Source: an uncultured bacterium (GTDB taxonomy: Bacteria > CSSED10-310 > CAZUFC01). From it: a DNA stretch of 64,000 nt. The position numbers and the translations under genes were made by a program. Positions 1-10,288 of the stretch are shown one piece after another (position 1 is the first letter of the stretch; each line of letters begins with the position of its first letter). The notes below the pieces were generated by a model. That model was not told the origin of the DNA and did no database searches. It saw nothing but the letters and a program-made list of their open reading frames with translations. The stretch spans positions 32,001 through 96,000 of the forward strand of contig CAZUFC010000008.1 of the NCBI GenBank assembly GCA_964619725.1. Direction: 5' to 3'.

Positions 1-4
1 CCCT

Positions 5-504
5 TCAAAAATCATCGAACAGAAAATCCCGGTAATTTTCGACAAAGAACCTCTTGCCTTTCCGGGATACCTGTAAGCCCTCATTTTCCAGTAATTTTCC
101 ATGCGCTTCCGCTCCGCCCGGATATTTTTCATTCAGAAAACCGTCCGATTTCAGCGTCCTCCAGTAAGGTACATTCATATCACTGTTTTCCTGCTTCGCT
201 TCTTCAACCGCGTTGGCTGCAGTCATGATGAATATTCCAGTGGTCAGTGTGCAGCATCCCTTCACATTATGGTTACGAGCTATGCTTTTACATATTTCTG
301 CTATAGTCGTAACGCGACCCTCCGGAACTTTCTGCATTAATGGTACTATTTCACTTGGATTCACCAGGATAATTTGATCGCCTGTTTCAGCGCCCATTTT
401 ATGAACGGCATTGTAAAAGGGGAAGTTTTTTCCAACTGCAGTATTTTCGGGAAGTTATCTTTATCGGCGAGTTTCTCTCGCCAGGTTTTCTTTTTATAAC
501 CCAT
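5..504 (-). pseudogene. MGMT/ATL-family (alkyltransferase-like DNA-binding) gene with an apparent 1-nt frameshift near the 5' end
   Basis: ORF 5..397 has VPEGRVTT and VPYWR motifs (PxWR rather than catalytic PCHR). An upstream ATG at 504 (MGYKKKTWREKLADKDNFPKILQLEK) joins it only if one A is added to the A6 run at 426-431. Confidence 0.65.
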
Positions 505-511
505 CTTTCGA

Positions 512-2353
512 TCAGGACGGTACTGGCTCAGGGGCCGATTCTCTGACGTATTGGGCGTCGCCGTATTCTTTGTACGGTTCGGCCTTGTCGGGGTTTCTCT
601 TTGCTATGAGGTAATCGTTGAGCGCAAGGTATGTCAAGCCTGAATGCGTCAGGACGTGAAAGGCTTCTTCAGGCAGGTTGACCATAGCGTCGCCGTGCAG
701 ATTAAGCGATGTGTTCAGGACAGCTCCTATTCCCGTTTTTTCCTCGAACTTTTCAATGATGTCGTAATAGTCCGGATTGTATTCCCGTTCCAGAATCTGA
801 GGTCGCATACTGAAGTCGGACTGATGAATGGCTGCCTGGATTTGTTCACGGTTGTCCGGTACTGTCGGAAAGGCTATGACCATGTAATGTCCCTTGATGT
901 TCTTGGGATTGATCAGATACCGATGCGCGTATTTATCCAGAACAGTCCCTGCAAAGGGCATCCAGAAATCACGGCATTTTATCATGAAATTGAGCCTCTG
1001 AACGTTATGAAAATCGGACGGATTGGCCAGGATGCTCCTGTTGCCGAGGGCTCGCGGTCCATACTCCATTCTTCCTGAGCAGCGCGCTACCATCTCATTT
1101 TGCGCCAGGAGATTCGCTATCTCCTCGTTTATATTTTCCGGTTTCGTTACTATGAACGCATCTTTGTCCATATTTTCCACGAACCGTTCCACATGTTCGT
1201 CAATCGGTTCACCGAAATACATCGTGTTGAGAGGTTCGAAAGAATAGGATTCGCCTCTGTCCTTCTTCATATCGACGTATCCCAGGATGGCGGCGCCGAC
1301 CGATATGGAATCGTCGCCTGCAGCCGGAAAGATGAAAAAATCTTCAACTTCGTCCAGCTCGGTTATCCTGTTGTTGGCTTTTACATTCAGAAAACTTCCG
1401 CCCGAACCCGCAATTTTACGCGGCCCGAAATACCTGATGTTGTTCCGTATCCACTCGGTCATAATTTCTTCAAGTAAAGTCTGCAATGCGTAACAGAAAT
1501 AATCGAAACGCGTGTTCTTGAATTCCCTGTTAAGATGATCCACCAGGGCATCCCCCGCGTATCCGCACCTGTTTTTAAAGCGCAAACCTTCTACCGTCCA
1601 TAACTTGCGGAGCTTTTCCAGGACCGGTTTGGACTTGGCTTTGTCTCCCCAGGGAGCCATTCCCATTACTTTATATTCATCCTGCCACGGCGACATCCCT
1701 AAAAACTTGGTGGCCCTGGCGTAAAGTCCACCTATCGAATGAATGGAAGGAATCAGTATTTTCCGCTCGAACTCATCCCCCTGGCCGACCGATACGCTGG
1801 CGCAAATGCCGTCTCCGTTGCCGTCGCACGTGAAAATCAATACCGGCTCGTCTTTCCACGGATTCAGATAATGACCCGTGGCCGTATGACACGTGTGATG
1901 ATCGTAATACTTGATCTTTTCTTTGCCTATTCCCATCGATTCAAAAAATGGGAGGTAATTCCTGAAAAAATGGGACTTTCTGTAGCGGCTCAGTAAAAAG
2001 ACGTACGAATTCCTCAGGAAATCGGATTCGTTCAAAGATATCGGCAGCAGGCGTGAGGCTGTCGATACCGCTCGCGTCGTGAAGCGATATTCATTTTTCT
2101 GAGCTTTATTGGAGTCGAAAATTTCGCATCTGGTCCCTACTGCGACCAGATCGATATCTTTTCCCTCCACTCCGCCGATCTCCATCACTTTTTTTATGCT
2201 TTGTTCCGGAAAATCGGCGCTGTATTTTATTCTGTTCAGACGCTCTTCGCCGATTAATGCGACGATGCGCCCGTCACGGATCAGGCAGGCCGACGAATAA
2301 TGACTCATATTTATACCAAGGACTGTCGTCATAGATTTACTCCTGTTCTTCAT
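512..2353 (-). CDS. Carbamoyltransferase, NodU/CmcH family
   Basis: EERLNRIK, DHHTCH, DGNGD, EYKVMGMA, GRMEYGPRALGNRSILA, RDFWMPFA and LNTSLNLHG motifs. Confidence 0.93.
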   Translation of the reverse strand: MKNRSKSMTTVLGINMSHYSSACLIRDGRIVALIGEERLNRIKYSADFPEQSIKKVMEIGGVEGKDIDLVAVGTRCEIFDSNKAQKNEYRFTTRAVSTASRLLPISLNESDFLRNSYVFLLSRYRKSHFFRNYLPFFESMGIGKEKIKYYDHHTCHTATGHYLNPWKDEPVLIFTCDGNGDGICASVSVGQGDEFERKILIPSIHSIGGLYARATKFLGMSPWQDEYKVMGMAPWGDKAKSKPVLEKLRKLWTVEGLRFKNRCGYAGDALVDHLNREFKNTRFDYFCYALQTLLEEIMTEWIRNNIRYFGPRKIAGSGGSFLNVKANNRITELDEVEDFFIFPAAGDDSISVGAAILGYVDMKKDRGESYSFEPLNTMYFGEPIDEHVERFVENMDKDAFIVTKPENINEEIANLLAQNEMVARCSGRMEYGPRALGNRSILANPSDFHNVQRLNFMIKCRDFWMPFAGTVLDKYAHRYLINPKNIKGHYMVIAFPTVPDNREQIQAAIHQSDFSMRPQILEREYNPDYYDIIEKFEEKTGIGAVLNTSLNLHGDAMVNLPEEAFHVLTHSGLTYLALNDYLIAKRNPDKAEPYKEYGDAQYVRESAPEPVPS

Positions 2354-2565
2354 CTTCGACCTTGAAGGCCGTCATCTCTTTTTACCATATTCTGAATCGA
2401 AATCAAATAATATTAATGCCGGCGGAAAAGAAACAACCGGCAATTCAATGTTCCGGTCACCGAACAATCCATTGATTTTCCATTTATTTATTGAAATATA
2501 ATCAAATAATAAAGCTTCAGGTGAAGCGTTCAATAAATGGAATACGTCATGACGAGGCCGTAAAG

Positions 2566-3021
2566 TTAAAGAACCGGGGTCGGCAAATTGCGGATATATT
2601 CCGCATAACGAACCAGCTTGTATAAACCTTCGGTCGTCCGGCAATCCCTGATCTTGTCGAAAGGAACCCATTCGGCTTTTTCCGCATCGGAACCTGCCGA
2701 AACCTTACCGCTTAGATATTCAGCCATAAAGTCCACTATCACGTAATGAAAAACTATTTCATTTTTTTCGTTGCGGACTATTCTGTCGACGGCCGTAAGA
2801 AAGCGCGGCGTTTCAACCCTTATATTGCATTCTTCCATGAGCTCCCGATGCACCGCATCCTCCATCTTTTCCCCCAAAAGGACAACTCCGCCCGGAACGC
2901 TCCATAATCCTTTGGCCGGTTCCCGCGCTCGCTTGACAAGAAGCGCCCGATCTTCCTTGTAAACCAGAACTCCGACAGCCAATCGCGGCGCCGCTGGAAA
3001 TTTCCGATGATCGGGAGACAT
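2566..3021 (-). CDS. NUDIX hydrolase (ADP-ribose pyrophosphatase-like)
   Basis: Nudix box GGVVLLGEKMEDAVHRELMEEC; HYVIVDF and AGSDA motifs. Confidence 0.88.
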   Translation of the reverse strand: MSPDHRKFPAAPRLAVGVLVYKEDRALLVKRAREPAKGLWSVPGGVVLLGEKMEDAVHRELMEECNIRVETPRFLTAVDRIVRNEKNEIVFHYVIVDFMAEYLSGKVSAGSDAEKAEWVPFDKIRDCRTTEGLYKLVRYAEYIRNLPTPVL

Positions 3022-3026
3022 GACGC

Positions 3027-3491
3027 TTAAAACATGTCTTCAAAAACTACAATACTTGATATCCTGGCGTTCTCTTTGATCCGAATCCCCTGGCGGCCCA
3101 CATGCATAGGCACCAGCAACCGGTTGAAATCCTCAAATACATAGAAAGACGAATGGGAAGCGCCCAGCGCCCTCAATCGTTCATGCGGCTGAACGAAAAC
3201 CGCGATATTCTTCTGTCCGACGTATTTTTCATTGTATTCGAACAAATATGTTCCTTCCCCCAGGTCCCACCAGCCGTACTTCTCTCCTTGAGTCCGTTTC
3301 ATGGCCCGGAGTATATCTTTTCTGGCAGAATGCCACTCTGTTCCGCCGAAATCCAGAGCGCCGCTTTCAGAGAGCTGGAACAACTTTTTAATCGTTATAT
3401 CCAGTCCCCACTCATGGACCTGCTTTTTGGCGTAAATCAAATTATCGAACATCGTAGCTAATTCTGCTCCCTTCAGAAGCTTTGCACTCAT
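3027..3491 (-). CDS. dCTP deaminase / trimeric dUTPase-fold protein
   Basis: QVHEWGLDIT, GALDFGG, YGWWDLGEGTYLFEYNE and GIRIKENARIS motifs. Start placed at ATG 3491, which follows AGGAGG. Confidence 0.7.
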   Translation of the reverse strand: MSAKLLKGAELATMFDNLIYAKKQVHEWGLDITIKKLFQLSESGALDFGGTEWHSARKDILRAMKRTQGEKYGWWDLGEGTYLFEYNEKYVGQKNIAVFVQPHERLRALGASHSSFYVFEDFNRLLVPMHVGRQGIRIKENARISSIVVFEDMF

Positions 3492-3630
3492 CGTTATCCT
3501 CCTTGATTCGACCGTTAGCCCATCATAAATCAAATGCATCCCAAATGCAACAAGTTTTATTTCCGTCCGGCGCCTGTCGTCGGAATTATTCAGCGATAAG
3601 AATCCGGTTTTGATCAGACGCTATAAGTAA

Positions 3631-4656
3631 TTATACAAAAAAGCGCATTATATTTCTATTATCCCTTTTTCGCGTACTGAGAATTTTTTTGCGTTCTTTA
3701 AGAGTTCGGGGAAGCCGAGTTATGATGTCCTTTACGGCTTTAATCAGGTGCCTTTCTTTCAACAGGACATAGGCCGCCATTCTGATCTCAAACCATAAGA
3801 AGGGTCCCAGGTCAGGCAGGAGAGCTTTCAAAGTATCATTTCTCAATAGTATAACGTAGCGGTTTCGATAAGAGAGGTATTTGAAAAACCGCGATTGTTT
3901 TTTCCGTGTTTTCGGTGAAAAACCTCTAACGTGATAGCCTCTGGCAGTGGGAACATAAAGAGCCTTCCAGCCCCGCCCCGCAGCCCGCCAGGATACGTCG
4001 ACCACCTCGCGGTATATCAGGAAATCCGAAACGAAAACTTCACCGTCGTGGGATGAGGAAATATCATCGAGCATTTTTTTTCGATAGAGGGGAGCCGAGC
4101 CGTCTGCACCGAAAATTAATTCGGGAAAGTCATATTGTCCGATATCCGGCTCCTCCTGGCCGCGATCGAAATTTCTGCGGCTGCGAATCACAAGAATGCC
4201 TGTGGTGTCGATATACTCCTCGTCCGGGATAAAACCGGGAGGATCGCCGGCCTGCAGCAGCTTTCCCTGGGCCTGTCCGGCAGAGGGATCGTTTTCCAGG
4301 CTGCGGACCAGTTCCGAGATGAACGAAGGGGTCAAAAAAACATCGGAATTCATCGGCAGGATATAATCCCCACGGGACTGCTCTATGCCGATATTATGAC
4401 TTTTACAGTAATAATAGTTGGTGGGATTCTCGATGAGTTTTACTTCGGGAAAGCGGCTCCTGACGTATTCTGCAGAGCCGTCATGAGAATTATTGTCGAT
4501 CACCGTTATTTCAATATTAGGATAGATTTGCTCCTTCAGATGCTTCAGGCAGATTTTCAAATGCTCCTTTTCGTTCGTGCAAAGAACGTTGACGGATACC
4601 AGGGGATATTGGCGGCGATTGTCTGTCATCGAAGGGCTTTGTCTGCTGCTTTCCAT
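3631..4656 (-). CDS. Glycosyltransferase family 2
   Basis: VIDNNSHDGS, MNSDV and IYREVVDVSWR (variant of the EDVDLxWR motif). Confidence 0.9.
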   Translation of the reverse strand: MESSRQSPSMTDNRRQYPLVSVNVLCTNEKEHLKICLKHLKEQIYPNIEITVIDNNSHDGSAEYVRSRFPEVKLIENPTNYYYCKSHNIGIEQSRGDYILPMNSDVFLTPSFISELVRSLENDPSAGQAQGKLLQAGDPPGFIPDEEYIDTTGILVIRSRRNFDRGQEEPDIGQYDFPELIFGADGSAPLYRKKMLDDISSSHDGEVFVSDFLIYREVVDVSWRAAGRGWKALYVPTARGYHVRGFSPKTRKKQSRFFKYLSYRNRYVILLRNDTLKALLPDLGPFLWFEIRMAAYVLLKERHLIKAVKDIITRLPRTLKERKKILSTRKRDNRNIMRFFV

Positions 4657-4659
4657 TTT

Positions 4660-5502
4660 TTATCCTGATTTTTCCGGAGTTTGGAATTCACTGCCTTCAT
4701 CGAATGTTGGTGAAACCTGCCTGGCGATGAAACTGAGGAACCTGCCGGATTTTCTTCCTTCTTTGGAAGCGGAGAAGAAGAGTTCATTCCTGCAGGCTGT
4801 GCAGATACCCGCATCGAAAATATGGTTTTCCAGGATGCCGAATTCGTGCAGATCATTCAGCAATTTACCTTTAATATCCACGGAATAATGAGAAGCAGAA
4901 ATCTTTTTAATCCAGGGCATCCATTTCGGGTCCTCTTTTTGAACGGGATGCGACATGGTATAGCATTCGGGACCGATACAGGGACCGATGCCGACCAGGA
5001 AATCTCTGGGACGCATTTTCGCCTTCTTTTGCATACGCTCCAGGGTTTTAATCGTGATGTTATTGGCGACGCCGCGCCATCCGGCATGAACGAGGCCGCA
5101 CAGGCGTGACTGAGGTTCAAAAATAAAAACGGGGATGCAGTCAGCGGTGCTGACGAGCATGACGACCGGGCTTTCAGATGCGATAAGGGCATCTGTTTCT
5201 GTGATGACTCTGAGGTTCACGGAGCGTTCGTCGTAGATATCGTCAATGTCGAGTATATTATCCCTGTGATCGGGAGAGAGAAGGAATTTGGGTATGTCAT
5301 TCCAGTTCATCAAACGGAAGATTTTTCGGCGGTTTTCGTCCGTATGAGGGTCTTCAGTGCGCCAGGCCGCGTTCAGTGATTCGTAGGGCGGCCGGCTGTT
5401 TCCTCCTGCCCTGGTGAAGAAGCCGTATTTGAGGTCCGGGATGTCCAGGTTTTTCCAGCAGAACCAGGTTAAATCTCCGTTTTTTCGTTTCAGCAGGTTC
5501 AC
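4660..5502 (-). CDS. pgeF: YfiH/PgeF (laccase-domain, purine nucleoside phosphorylase-like) protein
   Basis: FFTRAGG, TDALI, TADCIPV, VHAGWRG, GPCIGPECY and CTAC..FFS motifs. Start placed at GTG 5502, overlapping the upstream TGA (GTGA). Confidence 0.85.
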   Translation of the reverse strand: MNLLKRKNGDLTWFCWKNLDIPDLKYGFFTRAGGNSRPPYESLNAAWRTEDPHTDENRRKIFRLMNWNDIPKFLLSPDHRDNILDIDDIYDERSVNLRVITETDALIASESPVVMLVSTADCIPVFIFEPQSRLCGLVHAGWRGVANNITIKTLERMQKKAKMRPRDFLVGIGPCIGPECYTMSHPVQKEDPKWMPWIKKISASHYSVDIKGKLLNDLHEFGILENHIFDAGICTACRNELFFSASKEGRKSGRFLSFIARQVSPTFDEGSEFQTPEKSG

Positions 5503-6248
5503 GATGCTTTTTCTTTCGTGTGAGATTTCCGGGCTGATATGATTAACGATGTTTTCCAATGATTCAGAAACAGGACTTCCAGAAACCCCCAGAAAAGACC
5601 TTCCAGAAGATCGACGGGATTACGGAAAGACATGGGGCGTCGTGGAGGATTAAAGTATCTTCTTATGCGGGTAAAGCCTGCTTTTTTCAGTTGGGAGCGG
5701 AGGAACCACCAGGAGAATCCCTGTTCGGTAACGTCGAATTTTTCAGCAATTTCACGGCTTTCGCGGGAAAAGCGGTGGAGCAGATTAGGTTCGTTCAGCA
5801 GGATTGAGCCGCCAGGCTTGAGGGCATCCCGGCAATGTTTGAACGCCAGGTCGGTCCTTTCAATGTGATGCAGGCTGTCATAAAAAAACACATGATCGAA
5901 TTGTTCCTGCATGTTTTCCGGCAGCGTTTCCTCGATATCCAGGCAGAGAAATTCGGCTTCAACGCCTTCATTTTGGGCTTTTTTTGAAGCTATTTCCACC
6001 ATTTTGCCGGAAAGATCGACGCCGGTCACGCTGGCTCCCATGCGCGCCAGGAAAAGCGACGTCCATCCCGGTCCCATGCCCACGTCCAGGACGCGGGAAC
6101 CGGGCCGGGGATGCATGATTCTGAGCAGCCAGCCGAAGCGTGTTATTTCCTTTCCGCTTATCACGGGCGTATTGCCGAAAGGTTTGGAATACAACCACTC
6201 CAGCGAAGGTTGTTTCGACGGATAATCGATCTCGCCCTGTTTGCTCAT
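5499..6248 (-). CDS. Class I SAM-dependent methyltransferase
   Basis: VLDVGMGPGW motif I, GVDLS, FD..SLHHI and LKPGG motifs. Start placed at ATG 6248. Confidence 0.88.
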   Translation of the reverse strand: MSKQGEIDYPSKQPSLEWLYSKPFGNTPVISGKEITRFGWLLRIMHPRPGSRVLDVGMGPGWTSLFLARMGASVTGVDLSGKMVEIASKKAQNEGVEAEFLCLDIEETLPENMQEQFDHVFFYDSLHHIERTDLAFKHCRDALKPGGSILLNEPNLLHRFSRESREIAEKFDVTEQGFSWWFLRSQLKKAGFTRIRRYFNPPRRPMSFRNPVDLLEGLFWGFLEVLFLNHWKTSLIISARKSHTKEKAS

Positions 6249-6337
6249 GAAACTCCGTGATTTATTGAAAAAGTTAATGGAAATCGTTATTTTACGCCGG
6301 CAAAAACGGACTATAATCAATCATATGAATGCTATGA

Positions 6338-6374
6338 AAGCCCCCCCTGAATCCCCCCGCAAGCAGGGGGACTT
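6338..6374. repeat. Short GC hairpin / REP-like palindrome
   Basis: aagccccccctgaatccccccgcaagcagggggactt can fold as CCCCC/GGGGG arms. Single copy in this window. Confidence 0.35.
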
Positions 6375-6521
6375 CAACTGTGAACCGTCGTCCAGGGTAA
6401 TGATTGCGTTTGCAGTTCATTTTTTTGAATTTGATTCTTTCTAATCTCAACCGTCTTTTGATTCCAGGAATTTTAATGTCAGTTGTCTGTTGTTGTGAAG
6501 CATCGACAAATAACTCTGATT

Positions 6522-7916
6522 TTACTGGAACGAGAAGGAATAAGTATCCAGGCTGACGAAGCAGTAAGAAACGGGTCTGGCCAGACCCGCGTAGAATCCG
6601 ACTTCACCGCAGCCGGCGCCTTCGGGCCAGACGAATTCCAGGATAGTTTCCGTTTCTTCAAAGCCGCCGCACAGCCATCTTCGCTCGCAATCAAGCATTT
6701 TCCCCCACGAAGGATAAAAGAAATACTCGCCGTAAGCATCCAGAACGATGTAAAGGTTCAGGTAAAGAGGACTCAGGGGATTCTCAAGACGAATAAGGAG
6801 CTCAAAATCGTCGCCGGCCCTGTATACGTATTTGTTGGAATAGATCAGTACGGATTGACGGTAAACAGGCGTCGGCGTTGGCGAAAATTGCGGAGGGCAT
6901 GTCGGAGTCGGCGAACAGCCTCCCCGCGGCGTCACCGTCGGCCTGGCCCCGGCCGTTTCGGCCAGCCACTCCGAAACGTTCATGAAAAAAATGTCATTGG
7001 TGTTGCGGGTGTTCGCCCAGGTGCTCCGTAAACTGTCGGAGGGATTCCCGGTTCCGTCGGAACAGGGCGAACTGTCGATAAAAGCAGCCACTCGTCCCGC
7101 TCCGTATTCGCTTACCGCCGCTGCTACGCATGAGTCGCCCTGAGGTTTTCCGTTCATCCACATGAATGCGGATACGGAAGAATTCATGCTTTTATTGATC
7201 GTAAGAGTCGTACCGTTGAAAATGCCGACGGATTCGACATCGCCCCACAGTCCATGAAGAATGGGATGATCTGGGTCGTCGCTGAAATTATCGCATTCCT
7301 CATTCGTGACGTCATTGTTCGACTCTTCCTCGCCCATGAACCTGAATCCGAAATGCTGCTCCGCTCCGAATTCATTCCAAACCACAACGGAATCCGCTCC
7401 GTTATTATTACGGTCCGATCCGGCATGATTGGAAATCATGAACAGAGACCCGCCGTTTTGCAGAAATTCCAGCGCCGCTTGAACCTGGCCTGCAGTAAAT
7501 TTAATCTGAGGTTCACACACTACAAAAACGTCATAGAATCCCAGGTCCTGCGGATTAGTAGAGTCGCCGTAGGTTATCGAACACCCAAGCGGCAACGTTT
7601 CCACGCGATGCCCGGCCCCGGCCAGTGCGACCCCCCAGGCGGACAGCGCTCCCGTCCAGAATTCCTCATGCGTACAAGGTGTCGCCAGGCAACCTGGAGG
7701 ACTGGGATACCGTTCAGGTCTGTCGGGCATATCAGTATCCACAACCCAGTCAGCATCCCCCGCAGTTTCACGTTTGGATGCATCGAATAAAAACGATGCG
7801 CCGAAAACCCCTGACGCATTCATCAAGAAAATAACCAATAAACAAATCAGAAAATGTCTGATAAAAGTTTCCTTCATGAAAGTCTCCTTGAATTTATTTT
7901 TCATCTGTAACTCCAA
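6522..7916 (-). CDS. Secreted protein: signal peptide, DUF4350/GATase-like domain, Thr/Pro linker, conserved C-terminal domain
   Basis: Hydrophobic N-terminus; FDASKRETAGDADW, WTGALSAWG, YDVFVVCEPQ, GGSLFMISNHAGSDRNNNG and DSSPCSDGTG; PTPT linker; C-terminal domain resembles that of 51863..53011. Confidence 0.7.
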   Translation of the reverse strand: MELQMKNKFKETFMKETFIRHFLICLLVIFLMNASGVFGASFLFDASKRETAGDADWVVDTDMPDRPERYPSPPGCLATPCTHEEFWTGALSAWGVALAGAGHRVETLPLGCSITYGDSTNPQDLGFYDVFVVCEPQIKFTAGQVQAALEFLQNGGSLFMISNHAGSDRNNNGADSVVVWNEFGAEQHFGFRFMGEEESNNDVTNEECDNFSDDPDHPILHGLWGDVESVGIFNGTTLTINKSMNSSVSAFMWMNGKPQGDSCVAAAVSEYGAGRVAAFIDSSPCSDGTGNPSDSLRSTWANTRNTNDIFFMNVSEWLAETAGARPTVTPRGGCSPTPTCPPQFSPTPTPVYRQSVLIYSNKYVYRAGDDFELLIRLENPLSPLYLNLYIVLDAYGEYFFYPSWGKMLDCERRWLCGGFEETETILEFVWPEGAGCGEVGFYAGLARPVSYCFVSLDTYSFSFQ

Positions 7917-8456
7917 CGCGCCGCAAAGGCGAATCCAATTTATCGAATCACGAGTCCCTTGTAAACTTAAAACAAAATTCTGAATAGTTTGATGAAGGAA
8001 ACCCGGGAATGAATCAAACGATTTTAATAAAGAAAAGTCCGCCCGCCTGCGGAATAAGAATCAGGAGAAGCGTTATTTCATATTTATGAATATGCAAGCA
8101 GCAAAATCGTTCGGAATACCGAGCGAAATTACTGTTAAATGCAATTTCGCCTGAATGAGAATAATGTATAAATTCAGAGATCGTTAAAAAGTGGTGAAAA
8201 AACAGTGGATTTTTTGGACGTTGGGTCATTTTATTAAACCTATTAAAATCATATAGTTAGACCAAAAAGAGATGATCAGACAATTCGCCGGCATTGACTA
8301 TCGTATTGAATTTAAATAGTTTTAAAATGTTTGTTTTTGCTCGGTTGTCCAATTTTAGAGATGCTGCTCAACTAATTGTATTTAAATGACTTTAAATTTT
8401 GACTTAACGAAGACTGAAATTCGACAACGAAAAAATATTTAAAGTTTTTTCGACAA

Positions 8457-8733
8457 TGATCAATAATGCGTCTTTGGGGATTAAAATTCTTTAGAATATC
8501 CCATCATTCAGAACCCGATCCCGATCCTGATTATCGATCCCGATTACCGAAACAAACCGTAAAACGTTTTGAAAGAAGTGCAGCCCCGGCATGGCCAGTC
8601 CCAAAATTCCGTTTCTTTTCAAAGACGGTTATTCTTCAGATGCCGGTTTTTACTTGTAAAAATGATTTTACGTACCAGCCGTCCCTTACGTCCCTTAGGT
8701 CCCTTAGGTCCCTTGGTCCCTTAGTCCCTTAGT
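8457..8733 (-). repeat. Diverged inverted copy of the modular dispersed repeat (GTCCC tandem, core, ATCG hexamers)
   Basis: Reverse complement aligns with about 10340-10605, including the gtccctt tandem at 8681-8733. Confidence 0.85.
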
Positions 8734-9055
8734 CATTTATAATTTAATAAACAAAACCCGCCCTCGAATTCAATCAAGAAGTAATCGCCGCTCCGCTGAG
8801 CACGAAAGTTATTTTTGAGTATCGAGATCACAATTTGTAACCCCTCTTTTATCAGAGTCCCATTTTTAAAAGGACAAAAGGAAAAAGGGACAAAAAAAAC
8901 AACAGAACACATTTTGTATGCTTCTAAAAAGAGGATTTGAATCAATACCCGCAAGATATATCCTGCGATCCGCATTCTTGACCGCAACCGGCAGGAAGGC
9001 ATAGACTGAAAAAAGAGATTTCGTGTCATTTCTCCAACGGAAAGGATTCCCCATT

Positions 9056-9835
9056 ATGCCCTATTATGACTCGCACGCTCATCTGGACGCCCCGAAGTTT
9101 GCCGGTGACGTTGATGAAACCGTAAAAAGAGCCGTAAACAAAGGCGTCGCCAGAATTATAACCATAGGCACAGGCCTGGAAAGCTCCCGGAAAGTCATCG
9201 AATTAGCCGAAAAACAGGAAGAAATTTATGTCTCTGTAGGGCTGGACCCCCATTCGGCCAGTAAATTCTCTGGCGAGATGCCGGAAGAATTCAGAAAACT
9301 GACCCGCCATGAAAAAGTAACCGCGGTAGGCGAAACAGGATTGGATTATCATTACATGCATTCGCCCAGGGAAATACAAAAAGAAGTATTTAAAAAACAA
9401 ATCCAACTGGCGATGAATGAGGGGCTGCCGCTGATCATCCATAACAGGGAATCCGACCAGGACCTTCTGAAAATACTAAGGGAAGAAAAACCCCAGGATA
9501 CCGTTCCCGTCGTACTGCACAGTTATTCCGCCTCCATGGAAACCGCAAAAAAAGCCCTGGATATGGGATGTTTCTTTTCCTTTTCGGGGATGATTACATT
9601 TAAAAAATTCGACTGGCTGCGCGATATCGCCCGGACCATTCCAATGAATAGAATCCTGGCCGAAACGGATTCGCCGTATCTCGCCCCCGTTCCATACAGA
9701 GGAAAAAGAAACGAACCGGCTTTCGTGATCGAAACATTTAAAATGCTGCAGAAAATAAAAAAATTGCCGGAAAATGAGTTTCTGGATGTGATGTACAATA
9801 ATTTTTTGCGTGTTTTTCGCCGGGTTAAGGGGTAG
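9056..9835 (+). CDS. tatD: TatD family deoxyribonuclease
   Basis: DSHAHL, VGETGLDY, IIHNRE, VLHSYS and ETDSPYLAPVPYRGKRNEP motifs. Confidence 0.95.
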   Translation: MPYYDSHAHLDAPKFAGDVDETVKRAVNKGVARIITIGTGLESSRKVIELAEKQEEIYVSVGLDPHSASKFSGEMPEEFRKLTRHEKVTAVGETGLDYHYMHSPREIQKEVFKKQIQLAMNEGLPLIIHNRESDQDLLKILREEKPQDTVPVVLHSYSASMETAKKALDMGCFFSFSGMITFKKFDWLRDIARTIPMNRILAETDSPYLAPVPYRGKRNEPAFVIETFKMLQKIKKLPENEFLDVMYNNFLRVFRRVKG

Positions 9836-9988
9836 AGCTTTCTCACCGTGCGGCAGGCTTTTGGTTAGCCGTTAAGTTCTGGATTATTCGCCGCATATCG
9901 CAATCGTGAGCGGGATATGAAAATTGGGATGGATCAAAGACATATTCTAATTTATCGCGAGGAAAAAATCGAGGTATTGCCTGTCCAT

Positions 9989-10066
9989 AAACTCGATTGT
10001 CGATTCAAAATTTAATGCTGGACAGTCACTGCGGTTTTTGATCCATAAACGAGCGAATTTTTCTTA
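9989..10066 (+). repeat. Second small intergenic repeat, copy 1
   Basis: aactcgatt-tcgattcaaa...tttttgatccataaacgagcgaa is shared with 40506-40573. Confidence 0.7.
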
Positions 10067-10288
10067 AGTCAAGGATGGTAATGATTTGCGAGGCAGGGGC
10101 GGCGCTTATATTTTGACTGACCAAGTCCGAAGACTGACGAAGAATTGGGAAAAATTCGCCGTTTATGGACAAAAACAGGCTAGGATTTACCCACAACTTT
10201 TTTGTTTTAAATCCTTGAATTTCCATTTCGTCCTTTTAAAAAAGGGCTGAAATTCTTTGGCGTCATGCTGAATGAAGAAGTGAACGAT

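Noticed and set aside
2372-2671. 99-aa minus-strand ORF between NUDIX and carbamoyltransferase
   Set aside because: Overlaps NUDIX out of frame, runs into AT-rich intergenic DNA and has no motif.
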